Below are positions 62,789-64,000 of a DNA stretch of 64,000 nucleotides, piece after piece. The stretch spans positions 3,840,001 to 3,904,000 of the forward strand of contig CAWDXG010000004.1 in the NCBI GenBank assembly GCA_963806225.1, read 5' to 3'. The notes under the pieces were generated by a model. The model had not been told where the DNA came from. It searched no databases and was given only the letters and a program-made list of their open reading frames with translations. This DNA comes from an uncultured delta proteobacterium. Lineage in GTDB: Bacteria > Myxococcota_A > Polyangia > Polyangiales > Polyangiaceae. Position 1 is the stretch's first letter. Each line of letters opens with the position of its first letter. A program made the position numbers and the translations under genes.

Positions 62789-63319
62789 ATGGCCACGCCC
62801 GGGCACGGCGGAGCGGACCCGGCGTTGGCCGTCGACAGCACGACTGCCGCGGCACGCGCCGATGCACCGTCTCCGCGTGCGGGCAGCCCGACCGGCGCGT
62901 TCCTGGGCCGCCTGATGCTCGTGCATTTCGTTGCGTGGGCGGTCGGATTCGGATCGGCCGTCGCGCAGATGCCGATCGCGATCTGGGCTCGCCAGAAAGA
63001 GCTGCTGCACGCCGGCCCGACGGGCGCAACGGTGGGCCTGGTGAAGGACGCGGCGCACAACCTCGCCCTGTCGCCCACGGAGTCGGCCCAATTGCAGATC
63101 GTGCTCGGCTTCATCATGTGGGGCGGCTTGACGATCCTGCTCGCCGTGCACATCGCAGGACTGCCGTGGTGCATTGGCGCCGCGCGCGCGACACGCCGGC
63201 CAGAGCTTGCGCCAGCTGCCCGGAAGGGCCTTCGAATCTTCGGTTTCGCGTGCGCAACGATCGGGGTCGTGGTGGTGCTGGCAGGGGTCGCGGGCTGGAT
63301 CTGGCTGTATACTCTGTGA
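62789..63319 (+). CDS. Hypothetical membrane protein
   Basis: Three hydrophobic helices. Confidence 0.55.
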   Translation: MATPGHGGADPALAVDSTTAAARADAPSPRAGSPTGAFLGRLMLVHFVAWAVGFGSAVAQMPIAIWARQKELLHAGPTGATVGLVKDAAHNLALSPTESAQLQIVLGFIMWGGLTILLAVHIAGLPWCIGAARATRRPELAPAARKGLRIFGFACATIGVVVVLAGVAGWIWLYTL

Positions 63320-63326
63320 GGTCGTC

Positions 63327-64000
63327 ATGCTTTTCCTACTCCGCCGCATCGCCCTGATCTCGACCCTGTGCGGCACTGTCGCCGCGTGCGGCACCAGCGG
63401 CGACCGCGGGCCGAAGTCGGACGCCGGTAACGGAACGGGCGGCGCCGGCGGCCTGCCCGGCGTGATCCTCGACGGCGGCGGCACCATCCAAGCGCCACCC
63501 GACGGCGCGAACCTGTGCCCGAAAGGCGCGTGCAACTACCAGACTCAATCGGGCTGCACCGCAAACCAGTCGTGCCGACCGGACCCCACCACCGGCACCC
63601 AGCCCTTGTGCCAGCCCGTCGGTGCGGGCAAGAGCGGCGACCCCTGCACCAGCTGGAACGACTGCGCGCACGGCTACCTATGTGCGGGAGGTGAGTGCCA
63701 CCAGCTCTGCTGCGGCGGCGACTGGTCGGCCTGCCCGAGCGGCGAGAGCTGCACCCGGCAACTGCTGGTTCAGGTGGCGGGCAAGGACGTCGACTCGGGC
63801 GCGTACCTGTGCTTCCCGGTGAACAACTGCGACGTGCTCGACCCCACGAGCTGCCAGTCCGAGCCGGGGCGTTCCTGCCAGATCGTGGACCCGACCGGCA
63901 ACGTGGCCTGCGCGCCGGAGGGTCAGGCCGGCGTGGGCGCGGCCTGCAGCGAGACCGTGCACTGCTCGGCCGGCTTCTCCTGCGTTGCGAAGACCTGCCG
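63327..64000 (+). CDS. Cys-rich lipoprotein, runs off the window end
   Basis: ATG 63327 reads MLFLLRRIALISTLCGTVAACG (lipobox), DAG linker, then repeated G..C....DC..G..C modules; no stop seen before 64000. Absent from the ORF track because it is open-ended. Confidence 0.75.
   Translation, partial: MLFLLRRIALISTLCGTVAACGTSGDRGPKSDAGNGTGGAGGLPGVILDGGGTIQAPPDGANLCPKGACNYQTQSGCTANQSCRPDPTTGTQPLCQPVGAGKSGDPCTSWNDCAHGYLCAGGECHQLCCGGDWSACPSGESCTRQLLVQVAGKDVDSGAYLCFPVNNCDVLDPTSCQSEPGRSCQIVDPTGNVACAPEGQAGVGAACSETVHCSAGFSCVAKTC

Overview
High-GC bacterial chromosomal window. The gene content points to Myxococcota, probably Polyangiales/Sorangiineae (inference from many Cys-rich and vWA lipoproteins, a eukaryotic-like kinase fold and myxobacterial Cys-rich repeats). 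It is mostly core and envelope genes: CIRCE-controlled groES-groEL, pal-tolQRAB, pyruvate kinase, glutamate-cysteine ligase, DinG/YoaA helicase, a SurA/PpiD-like chaperone, an M16 peptidase, a MoxR-DUF58-vWA operon, an MBOAT acyltransferase, an acyl-CoA dehydrogenase and a vapBC toxin-antitoxin pair with a palindromic operator. Many genes carry single-base frameshifts, which look like long-read errors rather than true pseudogenes. The most notable items are: (1) a response regulator whose only output is a histone-H1-like Lys/Ala/Pro repeat tail; (2) an overlapping active plus catalytically dead KAS III pair, PqsBC-like; (3) a truncated group IIC intron directly behind the groEL terminator, abutting a 3'-truncated regulator; (4) a coupled operon of two FadL-like porins and a Cys-rich beta-propeller lipoprotein, divergent from an atypical metallo-beta-lactamase-fold gene; (5) several apparent pseudoenzymes (Zn-ligand-less homocysteine methyltransferase fold, pseudokinase, degenerate GGDEF). 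No rRNA, tRNA or CRISPR array was recognised. All calls come from reading motifs by eye; no database search was run.
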